A stretch of DNA of 64,000 nucleotides from Armatimonadota bacterium (GCA_041690135.1 JAWLHY010000002.1:1040342-1104341), one strand, 5' to 3'. Shown: positions 48,220 through 58,171, counted from the first letter of the stretch. Notes: generated by a model not told the origin, from the sequence alone. A program made the numbers and translations.

Positions 48220-49014
48220 ATGAGATCCAGAACCCGAGGATTCACCCTCATCGAACTGCTCGTGGTGATAGCGATCATCGCCATCCTCGCCGCCATCCTT
48301 TTTCCCGTGTTCGCCCAGGCCCGCGAGGCCGCGCGCCGTTCGAGCTGCGTCTCCAATCTCAAGCAGATCGGCGCCGCCGCAATCATGTATGCGACCGACA
48401 ACGACGGATTCGTGCTGCGCCTCGCGAGTTCCGTCTCGCGGATCGACCAGAACGTGCTCGGCGAGCCGGTGCCGCCCCGGGGCTATGCGGAGGCCTACTA
48501 CTGGCAGTCCCTCTGGCTGCCGTACACCAAGAACAGCCAGATTTTCTTCTGCCCCAGCGGTTACACCGCGTTCCGGAACGCGCCGCGCTACATGAACACC
48601 TCCGGCGGACAGCCGATCCGCGAGATCTGGGGCCATTACGGCATCAACTACGAGGGGCTGTGCAAGAGCCGGGCGCCGCATAACCGCATCGGCCTGGATA
48701 CGGTGGCCGAACCGGCCTCCACCTTCATGGCGATGGATAGCTGGAGCGTTTCGCCGGCGGTGGATGGCGCGGACAACCCCCTCCGGTTCTTCGGGAGCGG
48801 GGCCGTTGGCAGCGGTAACGACGTGGGTATCGGGTTCAACCTCCCACCCGGAGACCCGCGCCGGGGCGACCGGCACCAGCAGAACGTGAACATCGTGTAC
48901 TGCGACGGCCACGTGAAGAGCATGAAGGGCATGGCGCTCCTGCCGCTGGTACCTTCCGGAGGCTACAGCGCCTTCACCAACTACCGGATGGACGCCGGAG
49001 CCTGGATTCCCTGA
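48220..49014 (+). CDS. DUF1559 / H-X9-DG prepilin-type protein
   Basis: [56 protein letters not shown]. Confidence 0.92.
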   Translation: MRSRTRGFTLIELLVVIAIIAILAAILFPVFAQAREAARRSSCVSNLKQIGAAAIMYATDNDGFVLRLASSVSRIDQNVLGEPVPPRGYAEAYYWQSLWLPYTKNSQIFFCPSGYTAFRNAPRYMNTSGGQPIREIWGHYGINYEGLCKSRAPHNRIGLDTVAEPASTFMAMDSWSVSPAVDGADNPLRFFGSGAVGSGNDVGIGFNLPPGDPRRGDRHQQNVNIVYCDGHVKSMKGMALLPLVPSGGYSAFTNYRMDAGAWIP

Positions 49015-49952
49015 ACTGCGGTCTCCAGAAGCTTTACCAGGTGTTCCAATCCATCGATCAGCCGGGGGGAGGGCCGGCAGTACAGGCCCTCCTCCAGGAC
49101 ATGGATGCGTCCGTGCCGTACCGCGGAGATCCGCTCCCAGCCCGGCCGGCGCAAGACCACTCCGGGCCTTACCTTGTGGGTTGCCACCCCGGTCCAGGCG
49201 AGGAAGATGAACTCCGGATCGGCCGCCGCCACCGCTTCCGGCGTGGGGCGGGCCGCCGCCACATCGACGTGTGCGGTTATGCTGCGGCAGCCGGCCAGTT
49301 CCGAGAGGGGCGTGAGCCAGTTCCGTTTACCGGGACAGAAGAGCGGTCGCGGCCACCACTCCCAGTAAATGCGCGGACGGGTGGGACGGGCCTCCGCCGC
49401 ACGCCGCACGCGCTGGATGCGCTCCTGCAGACCGGCGATCACCGCTTCCGCGCGGTCCGCTGTGCCCGTCAGCCGGCCCAGGATGCGGAGGTCCATCCAG
49501 ATGTCGCCCAGCGAGTGCGGCGCGAAAACGACGTAAGGCAGCAGGTGCTCCTCCAGGGCCGCCAGGTTCTTCTCCATCCCGGGAACCGTGAGCGAGGCGA
49601 CCACCAGGTCCGGCTTCAACGCCGCCACGCGCGCCATGTCGATCGCTAGGTCCGGTCCCACGCGCGGCAGCCCCGCAGTTTCCGGAGGCCAGTCCGACCA
49701 GTTGTCAATCCCCACCAGCCGGTCCGTCAGCCCGAGCGCGTGCACCAGCTCCGTGTTGCTGGGGCAGAGGGAAACGATCCGCTCCGGAATCCCCGGCCGG
49801 AGGCGAGCCGTGTGACCGCCGGACACGTGGATGGCCCCACGCTCTCCCTTGCGGAAGCCGTAGGGGCAGTTCCGGCAACCGTTCTCGCAGCAGTAGCCCC
49901 GGTTCAGGAGGAACTCTCGGGAGAGAGCTCCGTGTTCGTCAAAGGTGCGCAT
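48981..49952 (-). CDS. BtuF-like cobalamin-binding protein with N-terminal Cys-rich (DUF5522-like) module and no signal peptide
   Basis: [19 protein letters not shown] then [44 protein letters not shown]. Confidence 0.82.
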   Translation of the reverse strand: MRTFDEHGALSREFLLNRGYCCENGCRNCPYGFRKGERGAIHVSGGHTARLRPGIPERIVSLCPSNTELVHALGLTDRLVGIDNWSDWPPETAGLPRVGPDLAIDMARVAALKPDLVVASLTVPGMEKNLAALEEHLLPYVVFAPHSLGDIWMDLRILGRLTGTADRAEAVIAGLQERIQRVRRAAEARPTRPRIYWEWWPRPLFCPGKRNWLTPLSELAGCRSITAHVDVAAARPTPEAVAAADPEFIFLAWTGVATHKVRPGVVLRRPGWERISAVRHGRIHVLEEGLYCRPSPRLIDGLEHLVKLLETAVQGIQAPASIR

Positions 49953-50335
49953 TCGAGGTCAGGTGTTCGGGAAGAGTCCACAGATGACGCAGATTGGAAA
50001 AATGAATGGCCGACGTCAGGCCGGTGGGCAATCGATCCGCGAATTAGGCTAATGGGGCGAATGGAAAGCGGTGTTCGGGTACCCCTGTGGGGCGAAAATT
50101 TGTGGGCAGTGGGCATTCGGGCATTCGGGCAATCAGACTCAAGGGGCATTGCGAGGAGCGAGAGACCAGAAGCAACTTCTCCGAATCGGATGAGCTTTGA
50201 GTCGGAGCCGTCAACTTCCTGAATCGGAACCTGTAAGCGACGCGGCAAGCCCCCTGGTCAGGGAAGTAGTTCTTACTCGGTACTCTTGATCTTGTTCGTA
50301 ATCCTGGTCCTAATCGACCCCAGCCCCTTCATCCC

Positions 50336-51139
50336 TCATTCTTCATCTTTCATCCTTCTCAATGCCACCAGCGGCACCCCCTCCGTGGGGTGGCGGAGCA
50401 CTTCGACCCGGCACTCGAAGACGGGTTCGAGCACCGCTGGGCGCAGGACCTCTGCCGGAGGGCCGTCGGCATACACGCGGCCTTCGTGCAGGAGCACGAG
50501 ACGGTCGAACCAGAGTGCGGCGAGGTTCATGTCGTGGATCGCGGCGATCACCGTGAGGCCACGCTCCTGGTTGAGGCGCTGCACCAGCCCGAGTAGGCCC
50601 ACCTGGTGATGCAGATCGAGGTGGGCGGTCGCTTCATCCAGGAGTAACAGCTTCGGCTCCTGGGCGAGCGCCATCGCCAGGGCGGCCCGCTGACGCTCCC
50701 CGCCGGAGACCTCGCCTACCAGCCGGTCCGCCAGTTCGGTGACCTGGGCGAGGCCCATGGCCAGGCGGACCGCCGCCCGGTCTTCCTCGCGTTCTCCACG
50801 TAGGGTGGAGAGATACGGCGTGCGTCCCAGCGAGATCCACTCCCGCAGGGTAAAGGCGAACGGGATGGGCAGTGTTTGCGGGACCATCGCGATCTGCCGG
50901 GCGCGTACCCGAGCCACCATCTGATTCAAGTCTTCTCCCTGGAACCGGATTCGTCCCTGAGCCGGATGGAGGGTGCCAGCAAGCAGGCTCAGGAAGGTGC
51001 TCTTGCCGGAACCGTTCCGGCCGAGCAGGGCCACGCGCTCGCCGCGACGGACGGCGAGGTCGATGCCGTCCAGGACCCTCCCCTGACCGTAGGAGAACGC
51101 CAGTTTTTCTACCTGGAGCAAGGGGGAATCGCCTACCAC
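50336..51139 (-). CDS. btuD: ABC transporter ATPase (BtuD/FecE family)
   Basis: GRNGSGKST, VSGGERQR, LLLDEATAHLDLHHQ, HDMNLAA; GTG overlaps the permease stop. Confidence 0.88.
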   Translation of the reverse strand: MVGDSPLLQVEKLAFSYGQGRVLDGIDLAVRRGERVALLGRNGSGKSTFLSLLAGTLHPAQGRIRFQGEDLNQMVARVRARQIAMVPQTLPIPFAFTLREWISLGRTPYLSTLRGEREEDRAAVRLAMGLAQVTELADRLVGEVSGGERQRAALAMALAQEPKLLLLDEATAHLDLHHQVGLLGLVQRLNQERGLTVIAAIHDMNLAALWFDRLVLLHEGRVYADGPPAEVLRPAVLEPVFECRVEVLRHPTEGVPLVALRRMKDEE

Positions 51140-52272
51140 TGGTAGTCTCTCCGGGCCCGGCGCAGCAGGACGAGGAACACCGGGCCGCCCAGGAAAGCAG
51201 TGAGAATCCCGACCGGGAGCTCCACCGGTGACACCATGGTCCGGGCACCCAGGTCCGCCAGCACCAGGAAGACGGCCCCGGCCAGCGTCGCGGCTGGAAG
51301 CAGGCGCCGATGATCGGGACCGCACGCCAGGCGTGTTACGTGCGGGACCACGAGGCCGACGAAACCAATGAGTCCGCTGATGGAAACGGCGCAGGCGGTG
51401 AGGAGCGCGCTGACGGCCAGGATCCAGCGCTTATCTCGTTCCACCGCCACCCCCAGGCGGGCCGCTCCTTCTTCCCCGAGGGAGAACGCATTGAGACTGC
51501 GGCCCAGAGCGAGAGCACCGCAAAAGGTCGCCAGTGCGAGGGCGCCGATGAGGGAGACTTCGGTCCAGTTCGCCACGGAGATCCCCCCGAGGAGCCAGCC
51601 GTAGATGCGGGGGAGCTGGAGCTGCAGCCGGGCATCGATCACCAGGAGCAGTGAAACGGTGTATCCCAGCAGGGTGCTGACGGCGAAACCCGCCAGCAGG
51701 ACGGTGACGATCGGCAGCCGGCCTCCCACGCTGGCGAGGTTGGCCACGAGAGCCACCGCGCCCACCGCGCCCACGAATGCCAGGACCGGCACCGCTCCAA
51801 AGCCGAGGAACGCCACGCGGGAGCCGAGGAGCGAGCCCAGCACGGCGCCCAGCGCGGCCCCGCCGGAGGCGCCGACGACGTAAGGATCGGCCATGGGGTT
51901 CCGGAGCAGCCCCTGGAGCAGCACGCCGGCCGAGGCCAGGCACCCCCCGACAATGGCCGCGGCGACCACGCGAGGGAAGCGGAGGGCGAAGAGGATCTGT
52001 TCCTCATGGGGCTCCCAGGTGGTGGGGAAGCGGGTGAGGCCCGCCCGGTTCAGCAGCATGCGGAAGACGTCCGCGGTCGAAAGCTGCGCCGAACCCACCG
52101 CCACGGCGACGGCCATGGACAGGACCAGCAACACCGCGAGCAGGGCCAGGATGAATCCCAGGGGGAGTCGCCTCGCACCGGCGAAAGGCCGGCGGCGGGA
52201 TCCGGCTTGGCGCGCTCCGTCCGGCGTGGGGTCCGGGATTGCTGTTCCCTCCTTTTCCGTCCTGATCTCCAT
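51133..52272 (-). CDS. btuC: ABC transporter permease (BtuC/FecCD family)
   Basis: RFPRV, QGLLRNPMADPYVVGASGGA, GEEGAARLGV, SGLIGFVGLVVPH, ELPVGILTA. Confidence 0.9.
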   Translation of the reverse strand: MEIRTEKEGTAIPDPTPDGARQAGSRRRPFAGARRLPLGFILALLAVLLVLSMAVAVAVGSAQLSTADVFRMLLNRAGLTRFPTTWEPHEEQILFALRFPRVVAAAIVGGCLASAGVLLQGLLRNPMADPYVVGASGGAALGAVLGSLLGSRVAFLGFGAVPVLAFVGAVGAVALVANLASVGGRLPIVTVLLAGFAVSTLLGYTVSLLLVIDARLQLQLPRIYGWLLGGISVANWTEVSLIGALALATFCGALALGRSLNAFSLGEEGAARLGVAVERDKRWILAVSALLTACAVSISGLIGFVGLVVPHVTRLACGPDHRRLLPAATLAGAVFLVLADLGARTMVSPVELPVGILTAFLGGPVFLVLLRRARRDYQW

Positions 52273-52291
52273 GTCTCCCTGGCGCGTGCGC

Positions 52292-53272
52292 CTATTCGTT
52301 CGAACCGGCAACGGCAGCGGGTTCCGGGAAGCGGTCCGGATGGAGCAGCCGCGCGATCTCCTCCAGCCCTTCGACCAGCCGGAGACCCGGCCGGGTGATC
52401 CGCTCGCTGTAGACGCGATAGACCTCCCCGTTCCGCACGGCGCGGATCTGCGCCCAGCCCGGGCGGGACCGCACGGCCTCCGGCTGCTGCGGCTGCACGG
52501 GTGCTTTCGTATCCCCGAGCAGAATTACCTCCGGGTTTCGGTCCAGGACCTGTTCCGCGCTCACCTGCACGGCCGGCTGGGGCAGGTCGGCGAAGAGGTT
52601 CTTCCCGCCCGCCCGTTCGAGGAGGTCGCCATAGACCCCTTTGCCGCCCGCCACGAAGGGCCGGGCCGGGTCGACCGCATCCAGTTCCAGCATCACGGTG
52701 CGAGGCGGCGCGCCGGCGACGCGCTTTTCCACCGCCGCCAGTCGCGTCTCCATCGTCCGGACCATCTCCTCCGCGGTGGCGGTGGTGCCGGTGATCCTTC
52801 CGAGGGTGCGGATGTCTTGCAGGGTTTCCGCATAGCTGGTGGCGAAGAGCTTGACGGTCGGGATTCCCACCGCATCCATCTCCCGCAGGAAGTCGTCCCC
52901 CTGGGTGAAGAGGACCACCAGGTCCGGCTTCAGCGCCACGATTTGCTCGGTCGGCGGCCGGGGCCAGCAGTTAAGGGTGGCCTTTGCCTTTACGGTTTCC
53001 GGATAGTCGGAGTACGTGTCTGCGGCGACCACCTTCTCGCCCAACCCCAGCGCATACAGGGTCTCCGTATGCGCTGGGGCGAGCGAGACGATGCGTTCGG
53101 GTAGACGCGGGATCTGTACCTTGCGTCGGGAGGCGTCGGTGACCGTAACCGGGAAACCCGAAACGGACGCGGGGGCTTCCGAAAGTGTCGGGGATGCGTT
53201 CGGCGACCCCGTGCGGCATCCCGCCAGGGCCAGCGCCGCTCCCAGGATTGCGGTCCAGAGTATCCCTCGCAC
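52292..53272 (-). CDS. btuF: Cobalamin-binding lipoprotein BtuF
   Basis: Lipobox LALAGC, FPVTVTD, RIVSLAPAHTE, SDYP, EQIVALKPDLV, RPGLRLVEGLE; downstream of the B12 riboswitch. Confidence 0.88.
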   Translation of the reverse strand: MRGILWTAILGAALALAGCRTGSPNASPTLSEAPASVSGFPVTVTDASRRKVQIPRLPERIVSLAPAHTETLYALGLGEKVVAADTYSDYPETVKAKATLNCWPRPPTEQIVALKPDLVVLFTQGDDFLREMDAVGIPTVKLFATSYAETLQDIRTLGRITGTTATAEEMVRTMETRLAAVEKRVAGAPPRTVMLELDAVDPARPFVAGGKGVYGDLLERAGGKNLFADLPQPAVQVSAEQVLDRNPEVILLGDTKAPVQPQQPEAVRSRPGWAQIRAVRNGEVYRVYSERITRPGLRLVEGLEEIARLLHPDRFPEPAAVAGSNE

Positions 53273-53336
53273 TCTTTCTCACCTCCAACTGCCGAGTAGC
53301 TAACAGGCGGACGGGACGTCCGCGCTCCGGCGACGC

Positions 53337-54188
53337 CTACCGCCCAGAGAAATACCGGTCGTCGTCGGTGCCGTTGACACCGAGGTGGTGCAGGTGGTGC
53401 GCCACGTTGTTGGCGTTGGTGGAGCGTCGGAGGGGCTTCAGCGCCTTCACGTGACCATCCACGAATACGGCGTTCAGGACCTCGTTGTGCCGGAAGTGGG
53501 CGTTGGGGAAGTCGCCGAACCCCAGCGAACTGGACGGCGGCGCGATGGAGAAGGTCTCGTAGAGCCCCGCATTGGCCCCCGTGCGGTACGTGGCCACATC
53601 CGCGAAGGCGATGCAGTCGGCGGGGCGATTGATAGACGCCTCGTGGACGGTGTAGTCGCCGTAGCGCCCAGCCGCCGTATTGCTGGCCAGGTAGATCCAG
53701 TTGTACCCGTAGCCTCCGGTGGCGTTCCCATAGGCGGGTCGGCCGGTGAAGCTGGGGCAGAGCTGAATCTGGTGGTTACGCGTGTAGGGGTAAAGCATCC
53801 CCTGGGTTTTATCCACCACCCCATTAGCGAGGAGCCCGAACCAGTAATGCCCCACGGTGTAAGAGGGGGGCAGCGTGAGGTGCAGCGGATAGCACCCCTC
53901 GTAGTCCTGGGAATACATCTGTAGGGCCGTCCCGAGTTGCCGCAGATTGCTGGCGCACGATGACTGCCGCGCAGCCTCGCGAGCCCGGGCGAACACGGGA
54001 AAGAGGATGGCGGCGAGGATGGCGATGATCGCTATCACCACGAGGAGTTCGATGAGGGTGAAACCCCGGCTTCGCCGATTAGGATGAGGATAATGATTAG
54101 GATCAGGACGGCGGGTTCCGGCCGCCTGAATGCCCGAACGCCCAACGCCCAACTGCCTGAATGCCTGAATGCCTGAACTTCTGAACAC
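53337..54188 (-). CDS. DUF1559 / H-X9-DG prepilin-type protein, first gene of the B12-riboswitch operon
   Basis: AGGAGG SD before GTG 54188; [60 protein letters not shown]. Confidence 0.92.
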   Translation of the reverse strand: MFRSSGIQAFRQLGVGRSGIQAAGTRRPDPNHYPHPNRRSRGFTLIELLVVIAIIAILAAILFPVFARAREAARQSSCASNLRQLGTALQMYSQDYEGCYPLHLTLPPSYTVGHYWFGLLANGVVDKTQGMLYPYTRNHQIQLCPSFTGRPAYGNATGGYGYNWIYLASNTAAGRYGDYTVHEASINRPADCIAFADVATYRTGANAGLYETFSIAPPSSSLGFGDFPNAHFRHNEVLNAVFVDGHVKALKPLRRSTNANNVAHHLHHLGVNGTDDDRYFSGR

Positions 54189-54435
54189 GGTAACCTCCTG
54201 ATGGATAGAGAGAAGTCCATCGCGGCGCGGATCCGACCTGTGGGGTGCACAGACAACAAACGCCTCTCTTCCGGAGAAGAAAGGCGCCGACGGCGGATAC
54301 GCGCTGGGAGGAGTCCCGGTGGGGCTCGAACGAACGGCCTCGGATTCCGTGTGTTCCGGAGCGGCGGCCTGGCACAGCGACGTACACGTGTCCGTCCGGC
54401 CCCTTTAGTCCGAAGGGGGTTTCGGCCGAAAAACC

Positions 54436-54610
54436 GTGAATGCAGGTCTCCTGGCTTCCGGATCGTCGCTTTCCGCGCCTTCTCCCGCTGCTTGCGGAAT
54501 GGCGGAGTGCGGATCGCTCCCCGGTTACAGTGGCGGCACCGCGCCGGATTCACACCGGCTTCCCTATTCTCCGCCGCACCCCCGTGGGCGCGGCGGCACA
54601 TTCATGGCCA
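54436..54610 (-). ncRNA. Cobalamin (AdoCbl) riboswitch
   Basis: Minus strand AATAGGGAAGCCGGTGTGAATCCGGCGCGGTGCCGCCACTGTAA...GGGAGAAGG...AAGCCAGGAGACCTGC (B12 box). Confidence 0.93.
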
Positions 54611-54732
54611 CGCGAACGATGGAGTTTTCAAGGACGGGCAGTTTATAGCACATGAGGCCGGGTTTGCCAACGCCTGCCCGGCACGGTAGCATGGGAAAGT
54701 ACTGCGGGGCCTATTCCGGGGGAGAGTGACAC

Positions 54733-55341
54733 GTGAGCTGGCGGCTGGAATTCTATCGACGCGTGGGGCAGCCCCCCCTGTCCCTCGAGGAAAGCGATAC
54801 GGCGTTCGCCCATTTCGAACACCTGACGCGGTCAACCTCGCCTACGGACGGGCCCGAGCGTGAAGAGGTGCTCTACCAGCGGATCGACCGGGAAACGGGT
54901 ACGGAAGCGGACGTGATGGGAGGCGCCGAAGCGGGTTCGGAAGGGAGCGCGGAAGGGACCGTGAGGTATTTCTTCTCGTACCTTCCCGACTCGGAGGGCG
55001 AAGAGGATCCCGGCCGCCCGGATTTCCCTTATGAACGCACCCCACTTGAGTTGGGGGTACCTTTCTTCCAGTCCGAGGCGGTGGCCCGCCAGGCGGTAGA
55101 AACCGCCGTGGACGCCTGCGCGGCCCTGGACCTGCTCGCGCTCGACCCGCAGATGGAACAGGAGATTCCCGGCCGTCCGGATGCCGAGGTGCTGGTGCGG
55201 AGCTACACCACCTACAATCGGGACGTGGAAGACACGCTGGCCTTCGTCCGCAGCCGGAGCCGCACCGTGGCGATCGGCGTTCTGGTAGTGCTGGCGGTGA
55301 TTATCCTCTGGATGACGTTAGCCCTGATCGGACGGCGGTAG
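54733..55341 (+). CDS. Hypothetical protein with C-terminal TM anchor
   Basis: GGAG SD, coding-like codon usage, C-terminal hydrophobic helix. Confidence 0.65.
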   Translation: MSWRLEFYRRVGQPPLSLEESDTAFAHFEHLTRSTSPTDGPEREEVLYQRIDRETGTEADVMGGAEAGSEGSAEGTVRYFFSYLPDSEGEEDPGRPDFPYERTPLELGVPFFQSEAVARQAVETAVDACAALDLLALDPQMEQEIPGRPDAEVLVRSYTTYNRDVEDTLAFVRSRSRTVAIGVLVVLAVIILWMTLALIGRR

Positions 55342-56238
55342 GGAATCGACCCGACGAGTGGGTACGGGAACGTGCTTCAGCCGGAACGGGTAGACCCGGC
55401 GCGCACCATGCTGCTTGAGGAGCTGCACTCGCAGCACGGCGGGGCGTTCTTTCAAGTTCAGGAACGTCACGCGGTAATCGAGTTGGTGCGGGCGCGGCTG
55501 GGACAGGCTGCCGCCGCCCGGCGAGGCCCGCTGGCCCCTGCGGTCGTAGAGGGAGGCTCCGTGCGTCCCCTCCTCGCTGGGGGTGACCAGCACCGAGCCC
55601 GGCGGACCGTCGACCGACAGCGTGATCCGCGCCGTGGCGTCGCTAAGGGTCACCTCGCGCACGGTCAGGCGAACCCCTTCTTTCTCCACCGGTTCCGGCG
55701 CCCCGGCTGGAGACCGGCCCTCTTCCAGTGGTACTTCCAGCTCGACCGGGGTGGACTGCTCGTAGGCGACGATCTCACCCTCGATCAGCTCGATTTCCGC
55801 GGTCCGGGTCGGAAAAGCAGGGGCGTAAACGTAACCGCGGAGCAGCGCTTGCTTCGATCCCGCCTCCAGCTTGCCCCCGTAATGTCCCAACTCGACCTGC
55901 CTGCCTCCCTCCCGCACCGTGACGCCGTGGATGTCCAGGCGCGTCAGACCCTCACCGGCCGACGGTCCGGCGGCCGGATCTGCCGGGTACACTCCCAGGT
56001 GCAGTTGCACCGTGCGCCGTTGCTGGAAGTCACCCGGGTCGCCAGCCTTTGCCGGCATTGGGAAAACCTGCGTGGTGGAGAGACTCTGCGTTACGCGCTC
56101 AACCACGATCCGGAACGTCCCGGCCAGCACCTCCGGTTGGCGTGGCAGGGCAGGCGAGACGCCGGGGGCGGCTACTACGCCCGCGGCAAGCCAGCTTGCC
56201 GCGGCGAAGAAAAGGCAGGGAAGACGGCGATCCTTCAC
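55318..56238 (-). CDS. Hypothetical secreted beta-rich protein
   Basis: Signal peptide; GTGA overlap with the upstream gene; similar motifs to 56235-57488. Confidence 0.65.
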   Translation of the reverse strand: MKDRRLPCLFFAAASWLAAGVVAAPGVSPALPRQPEVLAGTFRIVVERVTQSLSTTQVFPMPAKAGDPGDFQQRRTVQLHLGVYPADPAAGPSAGEGLTRLDIHGVTVREGGRQVELGHYGGKLEAGSKQALLRGYVYAPAFPTRTAEIELIEGEIVAYEQSTPVELEVPLEEGRSPAGAPEPVEKEGVRLTVREVTLSDATARITLSVDGPPGSVLVTPSEEGTHGASLYDRRGQRASPGGGSLSQPRPHQLDYRVTFLNLKERPAVLRVQLLKQHGARRVYPFRLKHVPVPTRRVDSLPPSDQG

Positions 56239-57488
56239 GGGGTATCCCCGGACCGAGCCGGTGGCGGGGTGAGCGTCAGGGTCGTCGTGCGACCGGCGGC
56301 GATCGTTACCTCGCCCCATCCGGTGCGGAACTCGTCGGGGGAGAGCAGCCGGCTACCCGAGGCGGGCCGCAATCGGACCCGGTACTTCCCCGGACGGAGG
56401 CGGGAGATCAGCAGGCTTCCCTCGGCGGTGGGCCGCAGTTCGATCCACCGCCAGGCGGATCGCGGCGCCTCCCCGGGTGCGAGGCCGAGGAGAAAGCTGC
56501 GTTGCCCGAATGCCCCCTCTCGGAGCGAGATCGAGAGCATTCCGCCCGGGGTGCCGAATAGGGCATGGCCGGTGGGAATCTGCAGTTCATCCGGGTCCGC
56601 AGCCCCTTCCAGCCCATCCCGTACATCCAGGGTGTCCGGTAGGGAAATGGGGGGGAGGGTGAAGGCGAGCTTCTCCGGAACGCCACTGCGCACGATCAAT
56701 TGGAGGCGGGCACGGGTGGGGCTCTCTCCGAGGTCGCTGAAGGTCGCCGTGTACCGCGTAGCGCTGCCCGTTTTGGGGGTTAGGCCCGTGCTCGATCCCC
56801 CCGAGGGCAGGAGCACGCCCCCCTTCTCCGTTACCAGCGTGATGCCGTAGGGCGCCTCGGGGCTGACCCGCTGAACCTTGACGTCCGCCGCCCAGGCGAC
56901 CTCCATGGTCAACGAGAAACGGCCCATCTCGGTCTTCACTTCGCGCAGCACAGCGGTGAGCGGTCCCGCGCGTCGCGTGAGGGGCAGCTTGCCCGTGGTG
57001 GGAAAATCGAGGGTCGTCAGCGAGGCCTGCGGATAAACGACCAACTCGCCGGCCAGCTTCTGGAGCCGGGCGGCGTTGAGATCGACCTCCTGGGCCATCA
57101 GGAGCGTGCGCCAGGCGGCCAGGTCGGGACCGTTGCGCTGCTCCACGGGATAGGGCTGGAAGGTCACCGGGCGACCGGCGCCGGAGAATGCCAGCACCTG
57201 CGGTTCCAGCCGGTCGATGTTGAACAGCCGCTCCGCCCGCAGCGGCTCCACCGCCAGGTGCAGATACACGCTGTGCCGGCCCGTGCGCGCCGGTCGTCCT
57301 TTTTCGTCGAAATCGAGCGTGAGGTTCTCGGACTGGACGATCTTCTCCACGCGGACCCGGTAATCGCCCGCGCGCGCCTCGGGAGCACCGGGCGGCACCG
57401 GCCTCTTCTCCGGCTCGGCCGCCGTGGTGACCGTCCCGACACACAGGCTCACTAGCAAATAACCCAGGGTCCGCCGGCCGTATTCCAT
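56235..57488 (-). CDS. Hypothetical secreted protein, paralogous to the neighbour, with a C-terminal CarboxypepD_reg-like module
   Basis: GGAG SD, signal peptide, AGDYRVRVEKIVQS, GELVVY, LRPGKYRVR...VTIAAGRTTTL. Confidence 0.7.
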   Translation of the reverse strand: MEYGRRTLGYLLVSLCVGTVTTAAEPEKRPVPPGAPEARAGDYRVRVEKIVQSENLTLDFDEKGRPARTGRHSVYLHLAVEPLRAERLFNIDRLEPQVLAFSGAGRPVTFQPYPVEQRNGPDLAAWRTLLMAQEVDLNAARLQKLAGELVVYPQASLTTLDFPTTGKLPLTRRAGPLTAVLREVKTEMGRFSLTMEVAWAADVKVQRVSPEAPYGITLVTEKGGVLLPSGGSSTGLTPKTGSATRYTATFSDLGESPTRARLQLIVRSGVPEKLAFTLPPISLPDTLDVRDGLEGAADPDELQIPTGHALFGTPGGMLSISLREGAFGQRSFLLGLAPGEAPRSAWRWIELRPTAEGSLLISRLRPGKYRVRLRPASGSRLLSPDEFRTGWGEVTIAAGRTTTLTLTPPPARSGDTP

Positions 57489-57619
57489 GCCCTGCTCCTC
57501 CTCTTGCTACTATAACCCGGGAGCCGGGATTCCACCTTCTGAAGAAGATACAACCCCCATATTCTCCGGACGGTTCTCCTCCCCGAACGGGCGTGGCGTA
57601 CTGATTGGACGGGGTATTG

Positions 57620-57630
57620 TGTGGTATAGT
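57620..57630 (+). promoter_or_regulatory. Extended -10 promoter element upstream of hfq
   Basis: TGTGGTATAGT (TGnTATAgT); no well-spaced -35. Confidence 0.45.
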
Positions 57631-57860
57631 AGAGCCATGTTGGGGAGCACGCGTCCGCAGGTAGTGTTGGCGGGCGCCCGTGTGCCGGGCGGGTAGAACG
57701 CGCTGCTTTTCACGCGCAGAACGGCAATACCCACCGGGGCACTTTCTTCTTTTGTCGGCGACCGCCCGGCACGACCGAACCTACGGTCCGGGCTTTCGGT
57801 CGCCGTTTCTCGCGCCCCACTCCGGTGGCGCAGGAAGTAACGAACTAAAAAGGGCACGCG

Positions 57861-58166
57861 ATGAGCAAGTCACAAATCAACCTGCAGGACAGCTTCCTCA
57901 ATCAACTGCGCAAAGAGAACATCCCGGTTATCCTGTACCTCACCAGCGGCGTACAGCTCCGCGGCAACGTGCGCGGCTTCGACGCCTTCACCGTCATCCT
58001 GGAGGGGCAGGGGAAACCGCCGCAGCTCGTTTACAAGCACTCCATCGTATCCGTGGCGCCCCAGCGTCACTCGCAGGCCCTGATGGGCATCGCGCCGGCT
58101 TCCGAGGAAGCGGGCGCGCCGCAGGAGATGTCCGCCGCTCCCGTGGGTGAGCCCGCCGAGGTCTAG
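57861..58166 (+). CDS. hfq: RNA chaperone Hfq
   Basis: [26 protein letters not shown]....FD.FTVIL.....QLVYKHSI. Confidence 0.95.
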   Translation: MSKSQINLQDSFLNQLRKENIPVILYLTSGVQLRGNVRGFDAFTVILEGQGKPPQLVYKHSIVSVAPQRHSQALMGIAPASEEAGAPQEMSAAPVGEPAEV

Positions 58167-58171
58167 TCCGG

